Made by a program: the position numbers and the translations under genes. From an uncultured Chloroflexia bacterium (lineage in GTDB: Bacteria > Chloroflexota > UBA6077 > JACCZL01), in NCBI GenBank assembly GCA_963765765.1, contig CAVXYC010000002.1, forward strand, positions 96,001 to 160,000: DNA of 64,000 nt, given 5' to 3'. Shown piece by piece: positions 18,999 to 28,890 of this stretch; position 1 is the stretch's first letter, and the number at the start of each line of letters is the position of its first letter. The notes beneath the pieces were generated by a model that was given only the letters and a program-made list of their open reading frames with translations, did not search any database and was not told where the DNA came from.

Positions 18999-21900
18999 AT
19001 GAGCGTTCCTTCCCAGCTGATTGCCTCACCGGCCGCTACGTCGAGCTCCGTTACGTCCGATCCCCTCTGGTACAAGGACGCCGTCATCTACGAGGTCCAC
19101 GTCCGGGCGTTCTTCGACAGCAACGGCGACGGCATCGGCGATTTCCCGGGGCTGATTCAGAAGCTGGATTATCTGCAGGACCTGGGCGTTACGGCGATCT
19201 GGCTGCTGCCGTTTTATCCGTCGCCGCTGAAGGATGACGGATATGACACCGCCGACTACACCGCCGTGCATCCTTCATACGGGACGATTCGGGATGTGCG
19301 GACGCTGGTGCGGGAGGCGCATAAACGCGGGCTGCGGGTCATCACGGAGCTGGTTTGCAATCACACGTCGGATCAGCATCCCTGGTTTCAGCGAGCTCGA
19401 CTTGGCGGAGCCCGGCAGCCCCTGGCGCGATTTCTACGTCTGGAGCGACACGCCGGAGAAGTACCAGGACGCGCGCATCATTTTTACCGATACGGAGACG
19501 TCCAACTGGTCGTGGGACCCGGTCGCGCACGCCTACTACTGGCATCGGTTCTACTCGCATCAGCCCGATCTGAACTTCGAGAGCCCGCGCGTTCGCAAAG
19601 CCATCATCAAGGCGCTCGATTTCTGGCTGAGCATGGGCGTGGATGGGCTCCGACTTGGATGCCGTGCCGTATCTCTTCGAGCAGGAGGGCACCAACTGCG
19701 AGAACTTGCCCAGAACGCACGAGTTCCTGAAGGAGCTTCGCCAGCACGTTGATGCGCATTACCAGGACCGCATGCTCCTGGCCGAAGCAAACCAATGGCC
19801 GGAGGATGCCATTGCCTATTTCGGTGATGGCGATGAATGCCACATGGCCTTCCATTTCCCCGTCATGCCGCGGCTGTTCATGGCCATCTACCAGGAAGAC
19901 AGCTTCCCGATCATCGACATCCTCGCTCAGACACCTTCGCTGCCCGATAGTGCCCAATGGGCCCTCTTTCTTCGGAATCACGATGAGCTGACTCTGGAGA
20001 TGGTCACCGACGAAGAGCGCGACTACATGTATCGCATCTATGCCCACGATCCGCAGATGCGCATCAACATTGGCATTCGCCGCCGGCTAGCGCCGCTGCT
20101 CGGAAATAGTCGACGGCGCATCGAGCTCATGAACGGTTTGCTCTTCTCGCTGCCCGGGCACACCCGTGCTCTATTACGGCGATGAGATCGGCATGGGCGA
20201 CAACGTTTACCTGGGCGATCGCAATGGCGTGCGCACACCGATGCAGTGGAGTGCCGATCGCAACGCCGGATTCTCACGAGCGAATCGACAGCAGCTCTAT
20301 TTTCCGGTCGTCTCAGATGCCGAGTACCACTACGAAGCGATCAATGTGGAGGCGCAGCAGAAGAACTCACATTCGCTTCTCTGGTGGATGAAGCGTCTCA
20401 TCGCCCTCCGCAAGCGCTATCGCGCTTTTGGCCAGGGTTCGCTCGAGTTCCTTCGCCCCGGGAATCGCCGCATTCTGGGGTTTGTCCGTGAGTACGATGG
20501 CGAGCGCATCCTGGTTGTCGCGAACCTGTCGCGTTTCGTCCAGCACACGAACCTGGATCTCAGCCGATACAAGGGCGCCATACCCACCGAGATGTTCGGA
20601 CAGGTTGCCTTTCCGATGATCGAAGACGTGCCGTATGCGCTGACACTGGGGCCTCACGAGTTTTACTGGTTCACGCTAGGCCCGCCAAAAGCTGACGACG
20701 CGGTGCTTCCGTGGGATAGCGCCTTGCCAACGCTCACCGTCTCGGCAGGTCTGGATTCTGTGCGCGAGCTCCTCGCGGTGCGTGCTGTGAGCTCGGCCCT
20801 GTCGCGCTTCCTGCAGCATCAGCGTTGGTATGGGGCGGCCACACGCAAGCTTAGCCAGATCGCCGTGCGGGAGACGCTGGCGCTTCCAGGCCTTGCATCT
20901 GATGCCGCGCTTGTAGTGATCCGCGCAAGCTTCACCGATGGAGCTGAGCAGACGTATCTGCTTCCGATCTCGATTGAGCGTGGCGAGCGGGCCGAGCGCC
21001 TTGTCGCCGAGAACGACCCAAGCATCATTGCGCGGATTGTCGAGCGAGGACGCGATGAGCCGCTGGTTCTGCTGGATGCCGCATCGAATCCCGCGATCCA
21101 CACATCGCTGCTCCGAGCGATTCGTGCGCGTCGCCCCCTGCTAGGCAAGGACGGCCGAGTCATTGCCACGTCCGGCTCCGAGCTCCAGACGGTGATCAGC
21201 CAGGCGACAGAGCCCCTTGATCCAGCCCTCATGTCCGTGGAGCAAAGCAACTCCGCGATCCGCTTCAGCGACCGGCTGTTTCTCAAGCTGATCCGCCGCC
21301 CCGCCACGGATATCAACCCGGAGATTGAGATCGGCAGGTTCCTTACCAGGCACGAGTTCCGTCACAGTCCCGCGGTGCTCGGTGCGCTGGAATATCAACA
21401 AGACTCGCAGCCCGCCATGGCGCTGGCGATTTTGCAGGAGCACCTGGAAAATCAGGGCAATGCGTGGTCATACACACTGGATGAGCTGGGACGATTCTTC
21501 GAGCGGGTCGTCACACGGGGAGCCGATGAGCTTGGTGCAGTACCCACGGTAGGGAGCATCCGCGACCTCGCCGACCAGACGCCACCGGACATCGTGTACG
21601 AAACAATTGAGGCCTACCTGGAGACGGCTCGAATTCTGGGCGAGCGCACCGCGGAGCTTCACCTGGTGCTTGCATCCGATTCACGCGACCCCGCGTTTGC
21701 CCCTGAGCCAATCTCCGCGCACTATCAGCGATCGCTCTATCAATCAATGCGCAGTCTGCAGCTCAATGTCTTCGAGGCGCTCAAACAGGCTCAATCCGGG
21801 CTACCCGATGAGCCGCGGTCACTGAGTGAAAGCGTACTCGAGAAGAGCGGCCAGGCCCTGTCCCTGTTTGGCGAGATCCGTGGCCGCCGATTCGGCGGCC

Positions 21901-22379
21901 AGAGAATACGAGTCCATGGTGACTATCACCTGGGTCAGGCGCTCCGCACCGGTTCAGATTTCGCCATCATCGATTTCGAGGGGGAGCCTGCTCGGCCGGC
22001 GAGCGAGCGTCGCTTGAAGCGATCTCCATTGCGTGACATTGCCGGGATGCTGCGCTCGTTTGACTACGCGACACGAGTGGCCCTGACTACGGGGATCGAG
22101 GGCGGAGTGATTCGCCCGGAAGACGCCGAGCCGCTCAGCCCATGGGCGCAATTCTGGTCCGATTGGGTGTCAGCCACGTTCGTGCGCTCATATCTCGATA
22201 TGGTGGACGGCTCTCCATTACTCCCCGCCGCGGACGAGCAATCATTGCTGCTGAACATCTTCCTACTGGAAAAGGCGATTTACGAGCTGGGATACGAGCT
22301 GAACAACCGCCCGAGCTGGTCGCACATCCCGATGCGAGGAATCCTCAATCTGCTTGCCTCATCTGAGCTCACGCGGTGA
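18999..22379 (+). CDS. treS: Trehalose synthase TreS fused to maltokinase (Mak/Pep2), split by about 3 indels
   Basis: [63 protein letters not shown], then maltokinase [39 protein letters not shown]. Confidence 0.92.
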
Positions 22380-22398
22380 GCTATAGCCTGGTCATCGC

Positions 22399-23553
22399 CT
22401 ACGACGGCTCTAGCGCGAGGCGAATGGCCTCGATCCGGGCAGTGCCTTCCGAGAGCGTTGGAATGACAACGCCGCCCTCATCAAATTCATTCCAGGCGTA
22501 GAGGAGCATGACTCGCTCTTCTTCTCGCGTGGCGTAGGTATTGACCCAATCAATGCCCCTTCGCACATGCTGTGTGATCTCATCGGCGGTGGGTGGCGCG
22601 TACCAGGATTGTTTCCCGCCATAGCTCGATTGCCAGAGAGGGTCATCCATACGAGGGCGGGGATCCCATCCCAGATTGAGCAACGGAACCACGGCGCGGC
22701 CAAGTGTGTGCTCACGCTCCCAGAACGATTGGTTGGCTTGCGCCAGCGATGCGAAGGGAAGCTCGCGCTGACCCTCGAATCCGTGAGCCGTGTAAGCGCT
22801 GAAGGCATCGAAGCCGAGCTCCGGCGCATCCGCCGTGGCGTTCTGCGCGACGAAGAACGGCGCGCCTATCCCGTGCTCCACAGTTCGCGACTCAAGCAGG
22901 CCCAATGCGGAACGGGCTTCTTCCGGAGACGGGAATGTGGTGATGAACGACGCAATATCGTAGATAAAGACCAGCGGGCGATCCTGCCCCACCCGCGTAT
23001 AGCGAGGGTCTTCGAAATGGGAGATAAGCTGATCCGCGAATTCGGACCAGGTTGATGGATCACCCACGTGTGATCCCTGGAGGATCAATGCGAAGCCAGG
23101 TGGAGCGTCTTGCGGTGCGGCCAGGTACCGCTTGAGTCCATAGTTGTACTTGTCGAACTCGGTGCTCCGCTCATCGTAATAGCAGAATGCCCAAAAGCTG
23201 AGGCCGGCGCGGCGCGCATACTCGATCTCTCGGAGCATCACGTCCTGGCGATCACCCAGTATCTCCACGTCGCTGGCATGCGTGTCGACGCTGGCATAGA
23301 ACGGAAGGCGACTCTGCCACTGCGGATCATCGAGGTTTTCCGCCCATTCACTTCCGCTAAACCAACCGCCCCAGCGGATAGCGCCCACCAGCGGAGGGGG
23401 CTTACCGTTCGACACGTCGATGTGCTCGTCATCTGCCAGCGCGTCATGTAGCGGACGTCCGGGGGTTGATACTGTTATGAGCCCGAGGAATAGAGCGGCC
23501 AGCAGTCTCAGGATCTTCCGGTGATGGAGCACCGAACAGCATTGCCCCGTCAT
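22399..23553 (-). CDS. Secreted glycoside hydrolase, GH99/GH71-like
   Basis: Signal peptide, VGAIRW, EIEYARRAGLSFWAF, RPLVFIY, GWDPRPR, YAWNEFDEGG. Confidence 0.7.
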   Translation of the reverse strand: MTGQCCSVLHHRKILRLLAALFLGLITVSTPGRPLHDALADDEHIDVSNGKPPPLVGAIRWGGWFSGSEWAENLDDPQWQSRLPFYASVDTHASDVEILGDRQDVMLREIEYARRAGLSFWAFCYYDERSTEFDKYNYGLKRYLAAPQDAPPGFALILQGSHVGDPSTWSEFADQLISHFEDPRYTRVGQDRPLVFIYDIASFITTFPSPEEARSALGLLESRTVEHGIGAPFFVAQNATADAPELGFDAFSAYTAHGFEGQRELPFASLAQANQSFWEREHTLGRAVVPLLNLGWDPRPRMDDPLWQSSYGGKQSWYAPPTADEITQHVRRGIDWVNTYATREEERVMLLYAWNEFDEGGVVIPTLSEGTARIEAIRLALEPS

Positions 23554-23910
23554 CGCGAAGTCGGCAGCGGCCGAGCGCCCTGGAAAGAAAGTAGGTGGAG
23601 GCTCAAGGGAAATACGTGGCGCCGCGCGACGCGCCGGTAAAAAACGGGTCGGTCACGCGGGTGAGGAGAGCTGGGCGCACCACCTGAGTTCGAATCGCTT
23701 CACGGGCGATTCCGCATCAGACAACAGTCGCTATCGCGATGGCCGCTTAGCCTAGCATGTGCACGTTTTCTGCAACAAGACGATCGACGTGGGTACCCGG
23801 GGCCTTCGGCCCGACCGGATCCGAAGGCGCCCTGCCGAGGCCTATCGCGGAGACGTAGTGGCGTCCCTTAACGGGTGCCATAAAGAAATCCACCTTGCGA
23901 TCGGGAAATT

Positions 23911-23953
23911 GCGACCCAGGTGACGTCCGAAAAAGGGGCGCCACCTGGGTCAC
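23911..23953. terminator. Hairpin downstream of the S8 peptidase gene
   Basis: gcgacccaggtgacgtcc-gaaaaa-ggggcgccacctgggtcac. Confidence 0.55.
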
Positions 23954-24012
23954 CGTGTACCAAGCCAAACATGCCCCGGCCAGGACGGGGCAGGACGCCC
24001 GCAGTCCCAGTC

Positions 24013-26187
24013 CTACGTTGGCGAACCTTCTGAGTCAGAGTCAACGTTGATCGTGATGGTGACTCGACCCTGCCTGCCGCTCCGTCCTCCAAATGAGAGT
24101 GGCGGCGTCCGTCCGAAGGATGAATGGTTTCCTGTTATTGCCAATGAGCCGGGAGCGGCAAAGGTTTGAGCGGGACGGACGGATGACGACAGACTAAAGC
24201 TCCTTGGAGCGGGAGCTATGGCGCCATTCGGAATGTATTCAGACGGCGCTTCTGGCGGGGCGGGAATCGCTACTGGTGTCAAAAAGACATAACACTGAAT
24301 CCACTCAAACTCCCAGCCGTAGTTGCCCGTACCCAGCTCGGACCAATTTGTGGTGTAGAAATGATCGCCAATATCAGCGTTCCAGTATCGGTACAGCGGC
24401 ACTGCGCCAGCCAGTGGAGCGGGCAGCACGTAGCACTGGATCTTTTCGAAGTCCCACCCCCACGCTCCGTTGCCCAGCTCGTTCCAGTCCGTGGTGTAGA
24501 AGTGATCGCCCCATGGATAGCTCACGTATCGATAGAGCGGCACGGTTCCGGGGCGCGGCGTTGCAGACGCATAGCAGGTGATGCCCTCGTAGATGTAGCC
24601 GTAATTTCCGTTGCCCAGCTCGTTCCAATCGGTCGTATAGAAATGGTCGGTAGCTCCCGGACTCATGTAGCGATGCATCGGCACGGCGACAGTCGGGATA
24701 TTGAGGCTCTGGATCGCCTGCTGGAGGTCTGGTCGATTGCCAATGCGCTGGGTGGCCGGACGGCCGGTCGCATTCTGCTGGGCCGAGCCGGTGGTTCGCA
24801 GGAGATTTCGCGCGGCAGCCGGCGTAAGCGGTGTTTGAGCGTGGGCTCGCAGCACACCCTGGATACAGGCGAGCGACCCCACAATGATCGGCGACGCGCT
24901 GGATGTGCCGCTAAACGTGTCCGTATACCAGAGGTCCTCGTCCGGTCCGCCCTGAAAGTCGCCGTAGCCACACGTTGTGACCTCGCGCCCCCAGCCCTGT
25001 GCATCGATCATCGCGCCGTAATTGGAGAAGTCGAGTCGTGACCTGTCAGGACCGTGATTCCTGCCGTGGGTCCCCGGTGGTGGTGCGCCCGCGCCTACGA
25101 CAATCGCCCCGGAGTCCGCGGTGGATCGACGGAACGGATTGGACCAGCTGGCCGGAAAGCCCAGACCGGGTGTGTCGTATATCGCGTCGTCCAGGTCCTC
25201 GGCACCATTGCCGGCGGCCTCAACGACCACGACGCCGCGAGCGACGGCGTACTGAATGGCCGCGAAGTCATCGGGCCACCACTCTACGGCGATGTAGCCG
25301 CGCTGGTCCGAGCGAAGCTGAAAGTTGAAACGCGGACCTGGACGATGCAGCTCGATCAAGATGACGTCGCCCGGATTGAGCCGGTCGGCAGCCTGTCGAA
25401 TGGCCGCGGCGGAGCCCAGCGCGCCGAAGATGGAGATGGCTCGCACGTGGGCTTCCGGCGCGATTCCCGTGATGCCCAGACCGTTATCGTCTCCTCCGAT
25501 CTCGCCAATCACCGCGGTCCCGTGGTTGCGCCACACGATGTCTGTTGACTGAGTGCCGCCCACTACGCCTCCCTGGTTCTGGAGGAGATCCTCATGGGAA
25601 AAGCGCCAGGCGCCCTCGATATCAATGACGCCCACATTGGCCCCACGACCACCAGGATGGGTCCAGGCGTGGAGCGCATCGACTCCGCCGGGGGCGGCCT
25701 GAAGATAGATCTGCCGCGAAGTAAGATCAGCCGTGGCCGGAGGCGGCGGCTCCGGCGATGGCAACATGTCATTGATTTGGGGCGGCGCAGCCGGCGGCTT
25801 TACGTAGGCTGCTTCAACCGTGTCGAGCGCGCGCAAGCGCTCGGCGAGCGTCTCGAGCTGATCGTCCGCGGCCTGCACACGATAAAACGCCGAAAGGTGC
25901 GGAGTACTTGTTCCGAGCGACTCAAGGGCTGGCGCTCCGGGACGGGGCCGCCCTTCAGTCAAGCCAAAGAGTTTCTGAAGGGTGGCGCCATATTCCTGAA
26001 GTACCGCGTTGAGGGGCGCAGCTTCTTCGGGTGTCTCTGTGGGTCCGACGCCGAGTGATTCCAGCGGTCCGTCTTGCTGAGCGGCGATGACCACCAGCTC
26101 GCGCTCCGAATGCCCGCCTCCCACGCTGGACTGCTCAGTATGAGTGTTGTTCGCTCGTCGACCTCTTGGCGATCGTCGCTCTGCCAT
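24013..26187 (-). CDS. Subtilisin-like S8 serine peptidase with propeptide and three C-terminal repeats (DUF5648-like)
   Basis: Triad VIDIEG (Asp), NHGTAVIG (His), FSGTSSASP (Ser), oxyanion AAGNG. Three VP(L/M)(Y/H)RY...DHFYTT.W.ELG.G..G...E.I.CY repeats. No hydrophobic signal peptide. Confidence 0.92.
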   Translation of the reverse strand: MAERRSPRGRRANNTHTEQSSVGGGHSERELVVIAAQQDGPLESLGVGPTETPEEAAPLNAVLQEYGATLQKLFGLTEGRPRPGAPALESLGTSTPHLSAFYRVQAADDQLETLAERLRALDTVEAAYVKPPAAPPQINDMLPSPEPPPPATADLTSRQIYLQAAPGGVDALHAWTHPGGRGANVGVIDIEGAWRFSHEDLLQNQGGVVGGTQSTDIVWRNHGTAVIGEIGGDDNGLGITGIAPEAHVRAISIFGALGSAAAIRQAADRLNPGDVILIELHRPGPRFNFQLRSDQRGYIAVEWWPDDFAAIQYAVARGVVVVEAAGNGAEDLDDAIYDTPGLGFPASWSNPFRRSTADSGAIVVGAGAPPPGTHGRNHGPDRSRLDFSNYGAMIDAQGWGREVTTCGYGDFQGGPDEDLWYTDTFSGTSSASPIIVGSLACIQGVLRAHAQTPLTPAAARNLLRTTGSAQQNATGRPATQRIGNRPDLQQAIQSLNIPTVAVPMHRYMSPGATDHFYTTDWNELGNGNYGYIYEGITCYASATPRPGTVPLYRYVSYPWGDHFYTTDWNELGNGAWGWDFEKIQCYVLPAPLAGAVPLYRYWNADIGDHFYTTNWSELGTGNYGWEFEWIQCYVFLTPVAIPAPPEAPSEYIPNGAIAPAPRSFSLSSSVRPAQTFAAPGSLAITGNHSSFGRTPPLSFGGRSGRQGRVTITINVDSDSEGSPT
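24283..24684 (-). repeat. Three tandem 141-nt (47-aa) coding repeats in the S8 peptidase
   Basis: Units start at 24684, 24543 and 24402, an exact 141-nt period. Confidence 0.9.
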
Positions 26188-26223
26188 GGCTCCGCCTACC
26201 TCCTGTTGGTTCTTCGGGGGATC

Positions 26224-26499
26224 TCACGGCAATGCCTCGGGTGGCTTCATGTATGCCGCGTCCACGGCCTCGCATGCGTTCAGTCGTTCGATCACGCGCT
26301 GGGCCGTGCTGTCATCCGGGACGTCCACGGTGAAGTATCTGGATAGCTCAGCATCAGCGACGCCAGGGTGCATGGCCTTCAGCGCCACGCCAAGCTCGTC
26401 CGCGGTGCGCAAGACATCGCGGGCGGCGTCATTGGGTGGCGACTGCTGCTGAAGCGACGGCGCCGTGTCTGCTTGGACAAGAACGGTTATGCGCGCCAC
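26224..26499 (-). CDS. Standalone S8-propeptide-like protein (putative inhibitor/chaperone)
   Basis: LSRYFTVDVPDDSTAQRVIERLNACEAVDAAYMKPPEALP aligns by eye with LSAFYRVQAADDQLETLAERLRALDTVEAAYVKPPAAPP in the downstream protease prodomain. 36-nt gap with RBS aggagg before the protease. Confidence 0.8.
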   Translation of the reverse strand: MARITVLVQADTAPSLQQQSPPNDAARDVLRTADELGVALKAMHPGVADAELSRYFTVDVPDDSTAQRVIERLNACEAVDAAYMKPPEALP

Positions 26500-26617
26500 G
26501 GTGCCGGCTCTCCGTGCGTGATTGGAATTCCCGAATTCGACGACAGGAGGCTATCGAGGAGCACCATGGCTGTCAAGAATCAGTTGGGGCTCCTGAACGC
26601 ATACTGGAGAAGTGTCC

Positions 26618-26714
26618 TGGAGTGCGGCGTGCGGAGCGCCGCTTTGGATGGCCGTGACATCGTTGACACAAGTTGTGGGGAAAAGTGAAGGCGGCGCTCC
26701 GCACGCCGCACTTC
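26618..26714. repeat. REPIN-like palindrome family E (GGAGTGCGGC...GCCGCACT)
   Basis: ggagtgcggcgtgcggagcgccgcttt...aaggcggcgctccgcacgccgcacttc inverted arms. Confidence 0.75.
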
Positions 26715-26737
26715 AATGCGCTTCGCACGGTGACCTG

Positions 26738-26986
26738 CTATTTCACGTATTCGTCTTGGCTTACCGGTGCGTCAGGTAGCTCTCGATCTAGCGACTCTCG
26801 GTATTTCAAGCAGCCTCGGAGAAATTGAGGCCACGGAGGCACCGCAATGTTGTCGGGCATGGGCTCGGGCAGCAATCCCCAGAGCTGTGGATGGTGCCAG
26901 CAGAGTTGCTGGCCGCTGCTGTCGCGATGCTCTCGAATGCCTGCCCGGAGCCGTCGCGCCTCTGAAATGAGCTGATCGCGCGACAT
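26738..26986 (-). CDS. Small hypothetical protein with CWHHP motif
   Basis: Protein-like helical ORF (RLRAGIREHRDS.G..LCWHHP.LWGLLPE...W.QFLRGC..YR.SLD). Start may lie slightly upstream. Confidence 0.65.
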   Translation of the reverse strand: MSRDQLISEARRLRAGIREHRDSSGQQLCWHHPQLWGLLPEPMPDNIAVPPWPQFLRGCLKYRESLDRELPDAPVSQDEYVK

Positions 26987-27246
26987 GCCTTTGAGATCCT
27001 CGTCGAGGCTCCCATCGGCTGTCCGAGCTGGATGTCGTCGGGTGTAGTCGAGATTCCGCGGAGCGATCGTTGTCCGAGCTCATGAACAACTGGAAGCACA
27101 ATGCTTGCCATTTACCGAAGATCGGCAGACGATGGGCGCTGTTCTGCAGGGACGAGCGCCGAATCGCATCGAGTCTCGTAGTGCAGGCAGCTCGCCATCA
27201 CATGCGACTTCTCGATCTGCCCCGTTACGGCACGGTATTGACGACA

Positions 27247-27834
27247 CTACGATCTCTCGACGGATTTGGCGCGGAGATGCGCTCGCTCGCCCTGCCGGCC
27301 AAAGAGACTGAGAACTTCGACTGGTTGCGTGTCAGCGCTGCAGAACCCGTGCGGGACTCGCGTATCGAACTCCGCCGCCTCACCCGGTGCGATCACGAGA
27401 TCGTGATCTCCAAGCACAAGGCGGAGCTGGCCACTCAGGACGAAGAGCCATTCATATCCCTCGTGCGTCTTTCGGTCCGGCGCGCGTGGCGGGCGAGCTC
27501 CCGGAATGATGAGCTTGTAGGCCTGTACTCCCCCGGATCGACGAGTAAGCGGCACCATGGTCATCCCATTACGGACGATGGGCCGCGGATTGACGCGTGG
27601 GTCGCTAGTGGGCGGTGCGCCAACGAGCTCGTCGATTTGAACGCCGTGAGCCTGGGCCAATGGCAGAAGTAGCTCCAGGGTGGGGCGTCGCTGTCCGGAT
27701 TCCAGGCGTGAAAGCGTGCTGACCGAAATGCCCGTGGCCGCGGAGAGATCCATGAGCGTGGTCTCGCGCTCTTGACGTAATGCCCGCAGCCGCGAGCCAA
27801 CGGCGTCCAATACCGTCTCGATATCGTCATTCAT
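27247..27834 (-). CDS. XRE-family HTH + cupin transcriptional regulator
   Basis: LRALRQER...TGISVSTLSRLESGQRRP, HEGYEWLFVLSG, FDTRVPH. Confidence 0.93.
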   Translation of the reverse strand: MNDDIETVLDAVGSRLRALRQERETTLMDLSAATGISVSTLSRLESGQRRPTLELLLPLAQAHGVQIDELVGAPPTSDPRVNPRPIVRNGMTMVPLTRRSGGVQAYKLIIPGARPPRAPDRKTHEGYEWLFVLSGQLRLVLGDHDLVIAPGEAAEFDTRVPHGFCSADTQPVEVLSLFGRQGERAHLRAKSVERS

Positions 27835-27861
27835 GCCAATATTTTGCCATATTGGCAAAAT
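27834..27861. promoter_or_regulatory. Putative XRE operator between divergent genes
   Basis: Perfect palindrome ATTTTGCCA-TAT-TGGCAAAAT (27841-27861) overlapping a second pair TGCCAATA...TATTGGCA. Confidence 0.7.
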
Positions 27862-27909
27862 AACTTGCAGTTGCGGTCACTTCGAAGGATCATGTCAGTG
27901 GAGGTCATC

Positions 27910-28890
27910 ATGACCCAGAAGCTGACAGAGACCTTTTCAAACTCGTATGACGTGGCGGTAGTTGGTGGCGGCGCCGCCGGGTTGAGCGGCGCACTGGTCC
28001 TGGCCCGAGCGCGCCGCTCCGTAATCGTGATCGACGGCGCTTCGCCGCGAAACGCACGCGCCGACGGCGTGCACGGATTCCTTACTCGCGACGGTATGAG
28101 TCCGTCGGATCTCGTCCAAACCGGGCACAAGGAAGTTGCGCGCTACGGCGGTCACCTCATCAATGCCCATGCCGACTCCGCCCGCCGCACAGCAGAGGGG
28201 TTTGAGGTGACCCTCGACGATGGCAGACGCCTCACCGCCAGACGCCTGTTGGTGACCACCGGCCTGGTCGACGAGCTACCGGATGTGCCAGGAGTACGGG
28301 AGCAGTGGGGGCGGGATGTGCTGCACTGCCCGTACTGCCACGGTTGGGAGTTCCGCGATCGCGCGGTGGGGATTCTCGGCACCAGCGCCATGGCTATCCA
28401 CCAGGCGCTACTGTTCCGGCAATGGACATCCGACCTCGTATTCTTCGCCCACACCGCGCCTGAGCTCACTCCTGATCAGGCCGAGGAGCTCGCCGCACTC
28501 GGCATTCAGGTCGTTTCTGGCTTGGTCGAGTCGCTCGAGGTGGTCGATGGACGTCTGAGCGGCGTGCGCTTGCAGGATGGCACAATAGTCGCCCGCCAGG
28601 CACTTGTCGTGTCACCGCGGTTTGTTGCTCAATCGCAGGTTCTGACTTCTCTCGGAATTGAGCCGACTGATCACCCGATGGGCATCGGAGCATTCATTGC
28701 CGCGGATGCCTCGGGCCTGACCGCTGTCCCGGGCGTATGGGTGGCTGGCAACGTCACCGACCTCAAGGCTCAAGTCGTCACTTCCGCGTCTGGCGGAGTC
28801 GTCGCAGCCGCTGCCATCAATGCCGACCTTGTTGCCGAAGATACTCAGCGCGCCGTCACCGCGTATCGGAGCCAGTATGTCGCAGCATGA
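27910..28890 (+). CDS. TrxB-like FAD-dependent thiol oxidoreductase
   Basis: VVGGGAAGL, HGFLTRDG, LHCPYCHGWE, PGVWVAGN. RBS ggagg. Confidence 0.9.
   Translation: MTQKLTETFSNSYDVAVVGGGAAGLSGALVLARARRSVIVIDGASPRNARADGVHGFLTRDGMSPSDLVQTGHKEVARYGGHLINAHADSARRTAEGFEVTLDDGRRLTARRLLVTTGLVDELPDVPGVREQWGRDVLHCPYCHGWEFRDRAVGILGTSAMAIHQALLFRQWTSDLVFFAHTAPELTPDQAEELAALGIQVVSGLVESLEVVDGRLSGVRLQDGTIVARQALVVSPRFVAQSQVLTSLGIEPTDHPMGIGAFIAADASGLTAVPGVWVAGNVTDLKAQVVTSASGGVVAAAAINADLVAEDTQRAVTAYRSQYVAA

Noticed and set aside
23745-23757. 13-mer TGCTAGGCTAAGC shared with 60744-60756 as a possible regulon motif
   Set aside because: A 13-mer match is expected by chance in a window this size. It is at most a shared extended -10 element.
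24283-24684. Regularly spaced repeats as a possible CRISPR array
   Set aside because: The 141-nt period is in frame within a CDS and the units are degenerate. No cas genes are present.
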